Below are positions 1 through 9,975 of a stretch of DNA of 37,241 nucleotides, piece after piece. How positions within the stretch are numbered: position 1 is the first letter of the stretch; the number at the start of each line of letters is the position of its first letter. Both the position numbers and the translations under genes were made by a program. Origin of the DNA: Fonticula-like sp. SCN 57-25 (taxonomy: Eukaryota); NCBI GenBank assembly GCA_001724245.1, contig MEDX01000036.1, forward strand, positions 1 to 37,241, given 5' to 3'. The notes under the pieces are model-generated. The model was given only the letters and a program-made list of their open reading frames with translations. It had not been told where the DNA came from and made no database searches.

Positions 1-516
1 GTGGCCCAGCCACTTCTCCTTCCTCTCCACGCAGCGGAGGAGCGCGAAGCGGATGCGCTTCAACAGATGCGGCGCGTCCTCGACCCCGAGTCGCACCACA
101 CCGTCGCTGTCAATCGCCGGCCACCACACCTTCGCCACCTTGCCGTCGCCATCGAGCACCCCATCGTTCTTGAGCTTGTTGATAATACGGGCAGTTCGGA
201 CATTTCCGCGCACCACCCCAAGGGGAATGTGGCGCTCGGTGCCGCCTTCCGTCTGCATAACGGGGATGCCCATCTCTCTCGCCATCGTGAAGAGCTCCGG
301 ATGCCTCAGGGGCGCCAGTTCCGCGGCAATCTCCTGCGTCTCGACGCGCAGCTTTTGCGTGAACATGGCGGCCTCGCCGTCCGGCGCTCTCACTAGGCGA
401 GAGTGATGCTCCCCGTCAAAGGCCTCAATGAGGATGCGTGGGAATGGGCGCAATGCCCTTGCAATCGCTGCCGTAAGCTCTTCCCGCAAGTGCTCCAATA
501 ATGTCGTTTGGCGCGA
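1..516 (-). CDS. Partial hypothetical protein or exon running off the window start
   Basis: Stop-free minus frame from about 516 to 1 (…LLEHLREELTAAIARALRPFPRILIEAF…MFTQKLRVETQE…KVWWPAIDSDGVVRLG…), GC-rich like neighbouring exons. First ATG at 366. No family recognised. Confidence 0.4.
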
Positions 517-659
517 TTAGGCCATAATTTGGACTTAATATTCTGTGTACACAGGGCAGCTGGACACTGAGGAAAGACAATAAAAAGCAAATACACCCAG
601 TCAAGGAAATATTCAAGGCAAAGATCTATTATACATCCAATTTACAAAGTGGTACAGAG

Positions 660-1175
660 CTACTGAGCATGATGCTTGTTGACTTCGCGGTAGAGGTGGT
701 TCACCTCTGGTAGAATAAGGCGGGTCATTCCCAGTGTCACAGCCTTGCTGGAGCCCGGCAGCGCAAAGGCAAGCTGACCCGTCGCCGTGATGCCGCCCAC
801 CGCCCTGGATGCCATTGCGGCACTGCCGACCTCGGCAAACGACAGCATGCGAAAGATCTCGCCAAAGCCGTCCAGCCGCTTCACGAGATGCTCCGTCAGG
901 CCTTCATATGCCATGTCGCGCAAAGATATGCCGGTTCCACCCGTGGTGACGAGCAGCTGCACGGAGGCATCACCGAGAGCTGCCGACAGCGCACGCCGGA
1001 TCTCGTCAGTGTCCTCGCGTACCACGGCGTAGTGCGCGATTGTGTGGCCTTCCGCAGTCAGCAGTTCCTTGATAATCTTACCGCTCTGGTCGTTTGACTC
1101 GTCACGGGTGTCGCTGAACGAGAGAACGGCCGCGCGCAGCTTGGCCTTGGGCGCATCGTAGTGGTGGTGCGCCAT
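660..1175 (-). CDS. moaB: Stand-alone molybdenum cofactor biosynthesis protein, MoaB/MogA family (intronless)
   Basis: Motifs SDTR…D.SG, LLVTTGGTGISLRD, LDGFGEIFRMLS, SRAVGG, FALPGS. ATG at 1175, 171 aa. Confidence 0.9.
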   Translation of the reverse strand: MAHHHYDAPKAKLRAAVLSFSDTRDESNDQSGKIIKELLTAEGHTIAHYAVVREDTDEIRRALSAALGDASVQLLVTTGGTGISLRDMAYEGLTEHLVKRLDGFGEIFRMLSFAEVGSAAMASRAVGGITATGQLAFALPGSSKAVTLGMTRLILPEVNHLYREVNKHHAQ

Positions 1176-1281
1176 TGTTGTCGTGCCCCTCAAGTGACAA
1201 ATCCAATCTGCCCCTCAAGTGGATTATGTTAAATCGCATGCGATTTTCGGCCTACATCTTGGTCGATTCGCGCAAGTTGTA

Positions 1282-1296
1282 TCCCTCTCTCTCTCG
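1282..1296 (+). promoter_or_regulatory. Polypyrimidine (TCT/5'TOP-like) tract upstream of RPL37A
   Basis: TCCCTCTCTCTCTC about 30-40 nt before the ATG, typical of ribosomal-protein transcription start regions. Confidence 0.45.
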
Positions 1297-1323
1297 CCAC
1301 CACCGTAGCACGTCGGTCGGAAA

Positions 1324-1982
1324 ATGGTACGTCGCTAGCTGAGCCCCGGAAGCAGAGGAGCTGCTGTAGTGGATGGATGGGATGCGCGCGCTGGATGATG
1401 CCGTTGGTGTGTTTGGATGGATGGCGGTGGAGGATAGCTCCTCGGCCGAGCGATTCGTGTCGCTTGGATGCCGGCATCCGCATCCGCCATCCTGCGGCGC
1501 GCGCGGCCCATCCTTCTGCCAGCATCCGCTTCCGTTTGTAGTATCCGCATGTTCTAATGTATCCGCTCTTTGCAGACGAAGCGCACGAAGAAGGCCGGTG
1601 TTGTCGGTAAGTACGGTACCCGCTATGGTGCCTCGCTCCGTAAGATGATCAAGAAGCAGGAAATCACGCAGCACGCTACGTACACCTGCTCGTTCTGCGG
1701 CAAGGTGCGTTGCGACTCTCCTTTGCCACTCGTTATTTTGGTTTTTGAAATTAACGTATGATTTAATCTTTCTCATTTGCAGGACGCTGTCCGCCGTGAG
1801 GTTACTGGCATCTGGAGCTGCAAGGGTTGCCGCAAGGTCACCGCCGGTGGTGCCTACTCGCTCAGGTTCGTGCCCTTTAGCTCTCATTTTTACAGTCATT
1901 TAACACTGTTTATTTTAGCACGATCGCTGCCGCCACTGTCCGCAGCAGCATCCGTCGCCTTCGCGAGATGACTGAGGCTTAA
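1324..1982 (+). CDS. RPL37A: 60S ribosomal protein eL43 (L37a), 4 exons
   Basis: Exons 1324-1326 (ATG only), 1576-1704, 1783-1865 and 1919-1982 splice to [24 protein letters not shown]…CSFCGK…IWSCKGC…[28 protein letters not shown]. All introns are GT-AG. Confidence 0.97.
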
Positions 1983-2041
1983 GTAGTTTGCACAATAATA
2001 TACTTTTGCTTTTCGTATCCTCATATTCCTGGCTGCCTTTT

Positions 2042-2077
2042 GCTCTGTGGCCGTTTGCGGCTCTGTGGCCGTTTGCG
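2042..2077 (+). repeat. 18-bp perfect tandem duplication downstream of the RPL37A stop
   Basis: GCTCTGTGGCCGTTTGCG x2. Confidence 0.9.
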
Positions 2078-2190
2078 CTACTTGCACGTTCAGTATTATT
2101 GTTACAGCTCATTTGACAGTCTCAGCGCGTCGATGGCGACACATCTGCTGCGCCCTTTCTCGCCCTATACACCGCTCGCGTGTTAGTGTA

Positions 2191-3281
2191 TCACTCGACT
2201 ACCGATGCGCCCGCGTACAGTCTCCGCTGCCTGAACGGGGCGAGATACTTTGCGCGCAGGTTCTTGATATCGTCCATATGCCTGATATCGGTTTGCTCTG
2301 CAATTGAAGCAATTGTCCAGTCGACCTCCTGCTCTGGCCGCGTCGACACTGGCGCGGGCGGCAGCAGCGGCACCATCCTTGCCACCTGCGCCGCACTCAA
2401 ATTGGACGGATATGACCGCGTGTTTGCCCTCGACGGCGGCATGCGCGACGAGTGCAGTGTCCACGCGCGCGCCAGGTCGTACATCGTGGGCTCGCGATGG
2501 GCGATGCCGCCAAGGTCCACAACATGGCCGAGCACCTTGAGGCGGCGATCGCGCTGGCGCTCGGGCGTGTCGGAAACCCGCGAGCCTTTACTTGGCTGTC
2601 GGGGATCAGGGGATCAGGTTTAGATCATTGCAGAGAGGGTCGCGTACCTCATCAGAGTCGTTATTAGAGTCGTCTGTCAGTCTGTGCGCGGCCGTGTAAG
2701 CAAAGCAAAAAAAGAGTTGTTTTGTCGTACTGGGCGTCCTTCTCGGCCTGGGCGCGAATGTCCTTGAGGTGCCGGTAGCCGGCCTGCATCGACGGCCAGA
2801 TGGTGCCGTCAGAGCACTGGAACCGCCCATCGCCGAGCGGGACGACTGCACGCACAGGGCGCTCAGAGAAAAGAAAAAAAGGAGAAAGGGAACGTACCTT
2901 GAGCCGGCTGCCTCTTCTTTGACGGCGACGGCGTCAAACTACCCGGCTTGCGCCTGAGAGCATCGTGTAAGGCTTAGTCACAAGCATGGCGGGATGCGCA
3001 CTCGTCAGACGGCGACGCTTGAGCACTTAGGCTCGCCTGCCAGCGATGAAGAAGGTTGTCGCGAATGCGCGGCGGGTGAGGCTCGCGAGGCGGACTCCCC
3101 GCTGCAAGTACAGCGACACCAATCGTGAGTGGTCATCATCAAGGAGAGATCAGGGATCGTACTCGACATCGCCGTCAAAGCATTAACACTGGAACGCGAA
3201 TCGCGATCAGCAATAGAAATATAATAAAGTAACAACGTACACTTCAAGCTCCTCGAGCCCATATGCGCGATCCCCGCTCAT
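2191..3281 (-). CDS. LIN37-like MuvB/DREAM subunit (7 exons, reconstructed)
   Basis: Six short GT-AG introns join one open frame: MSGDRAYGLEELEVVNALTAMS…FQCSDGTIWPSMQAGYRHL…RLKVLGHVVDLGGIAHREPTMYDLARAWTLH…LLPPAP…RHMDDIKNLRAKYLAPFRQRRLY. The VDL…YxxxRAW, LPP and basic C-terminal helix match LIN37 blocks as recalled. Confidence 0.6.
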
Positions 3282-3677
3282 ATCTGCCAATGTCCACGGC
3301 GTCCGATGCGCTCGCACGCACACACACACCGAACGGTTACGACGCCAATTATTTGAAATCGGGAGATCGATTTTCATCCCCCCGAAATTTACGAGGGTGT
3401 GCACCCCTCTTCTAGAGATCTGTGTTTGATCTGGAGCAAACCCAGACACATTCTAGTTCATAAATGTTACATAAATATGCCGTGTGAATACAGAAAGCGG
3501 CATTTATGTATGGTAAATGTGCTTATTGGCCACATAGCCGCGCCAATACCAAGTAATTCAGGCAAATGCATTGCATTACTATCATACAAAAAGTGCTGAA
3601 AACAACGAAAAGCGACGCAAAACGACAACGAAAAACCCCCAACGCGTTCCCACAACCTCACCAAGACAAAATTCGCC

Positions 3678-5512
3678 TCACTTGAACTGTGAAAAATCGC
3701 TCTCAAGCGCCGCGAGCATCGCATCGAGCTCCTCTATGTTTGCGATGCGCACCGACCCCCCCACCATCTTTGCTGCCGCCTTGCCCGCCGCATCTTCCGC
3801 CGCGATCGCCGACTTTGACGGCGACCGCGACAAGTTTTGCCGCATGAGCGTGTCGGTGGCCGTGATGACGGGCGGCCCGACGGCGTTGATCGGCAGCGGC
3901 GCGGCGGCGTTGACGAGGCCGATCGGCGCGAGCGACGATGCAGCCGACACGGACGACGCGCTCGGGCTGCGCGGCAGCGCGCCAATGGCCGCCGGCGCGG
4001 TGGCCGTGAGCAGTGGCGGGGCGCGGGGCGAGCGCGGCGGCGCGGAAGACGACGGCGGCGGGGTCGGCTTGGACTCGCGGACGGCGGCGAGGCGGTCCGT
4101 CAGGGAAGCGTTGTGGCGCTCGATGAGCTGGAGGCGTTTTTGGAGGGACTCAAAGGCGACGAGGAGGTCGGCAATGTTGGTTTCGAGTTGGAGGCGCTGG
4201 GAGGCGTCGTTTTCGATTTGGCGCTGGAGCTCATCGGCTTCAGCTGGGGGGGAGTTAGAAAGGGGCGGAAAAAGGGGGGAAAAGGGCGAAAAAGGAGTGG
4301 AGAAAAAAGACAAATGGAGCAAAAATGGTGCAAAAATGACCAAAAAGTAACCAAAAAGAAACCAAAAACAGCCAATGAACCATATCCAAGCCCCACTTCT
4401 ACTTTAGTTACGTACACTTGAGCTGAGCCGAAAAAACTGTTTGGTCGTCGTGCAGATCGTGCCTTTCGAGATCGAGGACGACGTCGACATAGTTGCTCGG
4501 TATGAGCCCCGACTGCCCCCTGAGCTCCGCCTCGATCCAGCCGTCCTCGTCGTCGGCGTTTGTCACGAAAAACAGTTCATTTTCCTTGAACGTCAGCTCC
4601 TGCACCGTGCGCGCCGCGTACGGGTGCTTTGAGCGGACCACCTTGGCGAGCGCGAGCGGCGCCGCCTCGCCGCGCTCAAACACGGCGGGCGCGAGCTCAA
4701 TGAGCGAGTCGACCAGCTGGCTCGACCAGCGCGTGTTCTCGACGAGCTGCAGCGGCGACTCGTTCCGGCGGCGGAGAATGTTGGGCGCAAAGACGGTGGC
4801 GAGGTTGGCCGAGCCCATCAGGTTGACCTCTTTTTGAAGGGAGACTTTGTGGAGGAACATAAAGAGGCGCCGCGTCACGCAATAGTGCACGCGCGGAAAG
4901 TAGTTGATGAGCGTGCGCAGGTAGCGGGAGAGCATGAGGGGATCGGTGATGCCGCTCAGGGTGAGGCCGACAAAGCTCTCATACCAGTCAAAGGGGAAGA
5001 GGGCCTCGGGGAGCTCGCGAAGATACAGCTTGAGGAGGGAGGCGACGGCGTGGCCATCAGTCACATTCGACAGATCAACGTCCTCGCCTGTAGCGGCATC
5101 AGCAGCGGCATCAAGGATTGGGTGTGCGTACGGCGATCAAAGCGCTCGCGAAGCCGGTTCTGGACACCTTGACCACCGGCAATCCGAAAGATTCCTTCCG
5201 TTTTCATATCTAAAAGTAAAGCGTTAGCTCCCAATTTACAGCACTATGCGCCAAATATGTATTGCGTACGGTTGGCCTCGATATATCTAATCGACTTTTC
5301 AATAATGGTGGGGATTTCTAGCCCCGGGAATCGCGGCGACTCCTCCAGGGATCGGCCGATGACCGGGTCCATGGGCGGCCCCATCAGCGAATTGGACGAG
5401 CCGCTCGAATGCAGCGCGCCATCTAGCAAGTCGTACAGTGAGTGGGCAAGCTACGCCGCAGTGGCGAGGGGGATCAGGGCGCACTCGTGCTCTTCTTGCG
5501 CCCGAGCAGCAT
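3678..5512 (-). CDS. RhoGAP-SH3-coiled-coil protein (5 exons)
   Basis: IPTIIEKSIRYIE, EGIFRIAG (arginine finger), HAVASLLKLYLRELPEALF, NLMGSANLATVFAPNIL; SH3 (ELTFKENE…GWIEAELRGQSGLIPSNYV); last exon is coiled-coil and Pro/Ala-rich. ATG at 5512. Confidence 0.9.
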
Positions 5513-6084
5513 CGCGGCGGCGGTGGCAAACCAAACACTGTCGGCACAGGCGAATAATCTGATCGCTGATTGGTCGGCGCCGTAATTCGACGATTCTCAT
5601 TGGTCCGATTGGAGCTTAGATTGATCTCGTTCGTATCTTGTGCTTTTCTATCAGCTGGGTCACACGCCTGTCGCCTATATACATACTGAATAGTATGACA
5701 TGGTCGGGCATATAATCAAAGATGATAGCAGAGTCTGTTGCGTAAAGATCATTGAATTCAAGTAAAAAATGGACCAATAAAGAGGCAGAACGGCAGTTGG
5801 TGGCCACGATTTATCTCAACATTGTGAGGTTGATGTCATATTCCTCATCATACGGTCATAATTCTCTTCATATTCCCCATCATAAAGTCAAGATTATTGC
5901 TTTTGTTGCTTTGCCAAATTGTGAGATATATCGCAGAAACACCCAGATGGATACGATAGCTACATTAAGCACTAGTACATGCGATGATATAAATACAACG
6001 ACATCGCAGCAGCAAAACCCGCCGCAAAACACTCATAATTACACTAAACTCCAAAATTATTTCCCGCAACATCAATCAATGACG

Positions 6085-7159
6085 TCACCTCCCAAACACT
6101 CTTCCGCGCCTGTCGGCCGCCGCCCCCGTGCGCTCCGCCCCCCACTCACCCAGCTCTGTCGCGCCGATCTCGTCGGCAAAGACCAGCTCGGCCGCGTCGT
6201 CGTCGTCCGAGTCGCTGTCATAGTCAAGCAGCGCGCGCGCGTCGCCGCCGTCGTCGGAAAAGTCGTCGCCGCCGTCGGAAAAAGGCAGGAAAACGGCGCG
6301 GTTGCGAGCGGGTTTGCCAAGCACGCGCCACTGAAAGGCGACGCCCGCCAGCAGGACAACCGCGGACAGGCAAAGGTAGAGGGACGGCCACGTGTAAGGC
6401 GGTGTTTCGTCTTTCGAGTCGGGCCAGCCAATGGCGTCGCGGGGGAGGCCGGAAAAGCCGGCAAAGACGGGCGCGTCGCCGAGCAGGGCGGACCAGACGC
6501 CGAGCACGGCGCGGCCGTAGCCGGTGGACGCGAGGTAGTCGAGCGGGGCCATTACGAGGAATGAGCCAACGAGCGCAGAAGTAAAGATCTGCACGCGATG
6601 CGGGTACAGGACGTTGGCGATCCCGAGGGCGATCGAGAGGAGGATCGCGACAGTGTAGAGGGCGGCGGTGAATCCGCGCGGATCCAGAGAAAGAGCTTAT
6701 TCAATTAAGAACAGTCAGTATAATGGGCTTTAAATATGCGTAAAAGGGCGCACAGAGTGGCGTCGAGAGGGCGACGAGGGCGATGGCCAGGCCGGCAGCG
6801 ACGCCCTGGACGGCATGGCCGACGCGGCGATGATACGCGCAAAAGGATCCCGCAAGGATGCCGATAATGAGACCAATCGTCCAGGGGGCTACAAACGCGT
6901 TAATATGCGGACGGAGATGGGGTGTCGGCTGCAGATCGCGCACCGTAGAAGGGAAGGCTGGCATGCGTGCATAATGATTCCGTCATCATTCCAAAAAGCA
7001 TCAATGCGGCAAGCCCATTCGCTTCAACCACTCTAAGTAACAATATCACATATAAAATAGCTATAGCGTACCACAGCCGACATAGTAGCAGCCAGAAAGA
7101 AGCTGGACTGCCCCAGTACTGCACGCGAATCCCGCCACCAGCGGCACAGCCCGCTCCAT
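6085..7159 (-). CDS. Multi-pass membrane protein, TMEM198/DUF4203-like
   Basis: Spliced frame with several hydrophobic Gly-rich helices (WTIGLIIGILAG…, QIFTSALVGSFLVMAPLDY) and an acidic C-tail. The exon 1/2 junction is approximate. Confidence 0.6.
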
Positions 7160-7173
7160 CAGCCAAAGTAGTC

Positions 7174-7211
7174 GTCACGTGACCAGATTTCAATGTGAGA
7201 CATCACGTGAC
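7174..7211. promoter_or_regulatory. Paired TCACGTGA E-boxes in a divergent promoter
   Basis: GTCACGTGAC 7174-7183 and ATCACGTGAC 7202-7211, between ATGs at 7159(-) and 7270(+). Confidence 0.6.
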
Positions 7212-7269
7212 TGCCAACATTTGCGAACGTTTCGGCAACTGTTACAACCGAGCAACGGGATAGGCAAGC

Positions 7270-9746
7270 ATGCTGAGCATCAAACCCGGACCAGTGCGCA
7301 CTAGCCATGTCTTATGGCTCTACTGACGCGTTGCCTCTGCTTTGCGATCATTTTTCGTTTTAGTATAAGCGCCCTGCTGATGGCGCATCGGGGCCGAACA
7401 AGGCTGCAAAGATTCAGCACCCAGTCCTCACCAAGGCGGAGAATCTCAAAGTGCACTCCAGCATTGTGCGCCTTACCATTCCAGTACTGCTCTCATCTCA
7501 CTCTCGTTACTTTGTTACTTTAAAAGGTGTACGGCTGCGAGATCTCCCCCAATGGCAAGTATCTCGGGACATGCAGCCTTGACGGGACGATCCGCGTGAC
7601 CGAACTCGACTCGCAAAAGCTGATCTACACGGCCGACTGCGACGACAATGTACAGTGCTCTCCTTTTTTAAATCGTTTCTAATATTCGGAAAGGTGCTTG
7701 ATGTCGCTTGGTCGTCGGATAGCACTCGCCTCGTCGGTTCGACCGAAGGCGGCCGCGTCGTGATGGTCAAGGCCGACGGATCGCACGCAGACATTTTTCA
7801 GACATCGTCAACTGTGCGTCACCCTCGTTGCTTGATTGGCCACTGACTCTTTTTTTCATAGCTTGAAGCGTGCGCGTTTGGCGCAAAGGGCCACATTGCC
7901 GTCGGCGGCAAGACCTCGATCGTCTACCTCCTGGAACCCACAAGTAGGAATCCCATGCCAGCGTCACTTTCTGGCTTTGAAAACTGCGTACGCATATCAA
8001 GTATTTATTTTCAATAATTGACCGCTGGCCGCCAGATCCAAAGCCTTGCCTTTTCACCGGACGGCAACTTGCTGGCCGTCGGCTGCGTCGCCGGGCACCT
8101 CTACATCTTTGGCCTCAAGGGCCACGATTGGATCAAGCTCAAGCAGACCAAGTACCACACCTATGGCGTACGTCCAAACGGCCTTGCATTGGCTGATTTT
8201 CACTTTCTCTTCTTCTGATTGGTCCATGCTCACACCTCTTTCCAGATCAACTCGCTTTGCTTTAGCCCGTCTGGCCGCCTTCTGCTCGCCACCGGCCTCG
8301 ACCGCAAGGTCTCAATCTGGAACGTCCCCCAGAACCACCGCTTTGCCGATCAGCCGCGCATGACGCTGATTGGCCACGAGAAGCAAGTCACCGGCGGCGC
8401 CTTTCTCGACGACGACGAGCAGTATGTCGTCACCGGCTCGTACGACAAGACACTCTGCGTATGGAACGTCACGTCGGGGCGGCTCATGGCCATGCACCCG
8501 ACCTTTAAGGTGCGTTTTATTTATTTTTCCATTGGTCAATTTTTATCAATGGTGAATTGTGGTTTGTGCGCGATTTCTGACCGACCAATCAGGTGTACGC
8601 CATGTCGTGCCACGCGCCTTCCGCGACGATCGCGATCGGCGCCTCGCAGGGCAAGACGGTGGACCTGTGGCGGTACAGCATGGACGGCGCGGGACAGGGC
8701 GCGGCGCTGCCGGCGCTGTTTGGCGCGACAGTGACGGCGGGCGCGATCGTCGCAAAGGCGGCTGCGAGCGTGCCGGCGCCGCCACCGCCGCCGCCGCCGC
8801 TGCCGTCAAACCCGTGCCTCAGGAAGAGGATGTTCGAGGCAGAGGGGGAGGTCGCTGCGATTCAGGGAAAGATGCAGGCGACGGGCGACGGGCTGCGCGC
8901 AAAGATGACGCTGGAGCAGGAGCTCATAAAGGAAATTGCAGAGCTGCAGGTCAAGCGTACGTCGGGAAAGTGATTGGAAAGGGAAAGTGGTTCAATTGTG
9001 GTACTTTTCGCCTTGTTTTGGATAATTTCTTTGCTATTTTGCTCCCTTTTCCTCGCTCTCCACTCTTTGCTCACCCTTTTTCCTTAGTGGCGAGCAGCAA
9101 GCGCGCCCTCAAGAACCTTCAGACACCCGAGTTCCTTTCGCAGTCCCGCGAGCTTGTCGTGATGGAGGAGCGCACGCTGCAGCTCCTCGGCGCGATCAAC
9201 GAGTGCCGCCAGTCGCTCGACAGCCTCACGGACTGCCTCGAAGTGACCGGTCTTGAGCAGCTGACCGGCCCGACTTTCCGCGAATGGCTGTGCGACATTG
9301 GCCTCGGCCACCTTTCGGACACGCTGAGCGACATCAACGGCAGCGTGCTGTGCATGTTTAATGTCGACGAGCTGATGGGCAAGGGCGTCTCGTTCGCCGA
9401 CGCCGCCGACCTGCAGCTGCGCGGCTTTATTGCCCATAATCACCTCGGCCCTGCGCCGCGGTTTGATCCGCCGGCGAATACCGTGCTGAGCTGGACGACC
9501 GAGCAGACCGCAGCGTGGATCGCGTCGCTCGACGCGGGAGTGGCGCCGCTGGTGACGGCCGGGTGGAATGGCGCGGCACTGTGCTCGCTGACGCCCACGA
9601 GGGTTATTGAGGCGAGCAAGGGGAAATTGTCGGCGAGCGACGCGGTAAAGTTCCTCACGCTGGTCAAGGCGACGAGAAGGGAGCTCGACGGGGGGAAGGA
9701 CGAGTGGGTGGCAAGGTGGAGCGGATCGCTCCCAATCGTCGTGTAA
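7270..9746 (+). CDS. WD40-repeat / polyproline / coiled-coil / tandem SAM-like protein (paralogue A, multi-exon)
   Basis: WD repeats (VYGCEISPNGKY, LAFSPDGNLLAVG, LIGHEKQVTGG…VVTGSYDKTLCVWN), a PPPPPPP linker and a helical region, then two SAM-like units (FREWLCDIGLGHL…INGSVL; LSWTTEQTAAWIASL…GWNGAALCSLT). Confidence 0.8.
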
Positions 9747-9904
9747 CATGATATTATGCGCATTTTGAGTAGTAATAAAAATACATTTATTAGAGAAGAA
9801 TGTCTACTGCGTTTTTATATAAAATTTCCAGGCATTGCTTTGACTTTTTGTTCCGTTGTTCTCATCGGCATGCCAGCCCAAACGCGCGCATCGCGCAAAC
9901 ATAA

Positions 9905-9944
9905 ATCACGTGACCAATCCGCACGTGACATTCAATCCACGTGG
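9905..9944. promoter_or_regulatory. Three CACGTG E-boxes plus CCAAT upstream of the COX20/PPR gene
   Basis: ATCACGTGAC 9905, CCAAT, GCACGTGAC 9921, CCACGTGG 9937. ATG at 9976. Confidence 0.55.
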
Positions 9945-9975
9945 GCTTTGTTGGTGCCGGCCGGACACACGCGCC

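Noticed and set aside
1391-1560. C/D-box snoRNA in the RPL37A intron
   Set aside because: Only an imperfect box C (GATGATG) and no suitably placed CTGA box D; kept as a structured intron instead.
1252-1899. 215-aa minus ORF, and similar long antisense ORFs (3571-4350, 17266-18051, 18126-19013, 22279-23238, 24393-25316, 27853-28575)
   Set aside because: They overlap well-supported genes on the opposite strand, as expected from GC-rich codon usage.
5616-5807. Short minus ORF with DYMPDHVILF, reminiscent of the IS200 Y1 transposase MPDHVH motif
   Set aside because: The second His of the HUH motif is missing, no other Y1 motifs are present, and it is only 63 aa in an AT-rich intergenic stretch.
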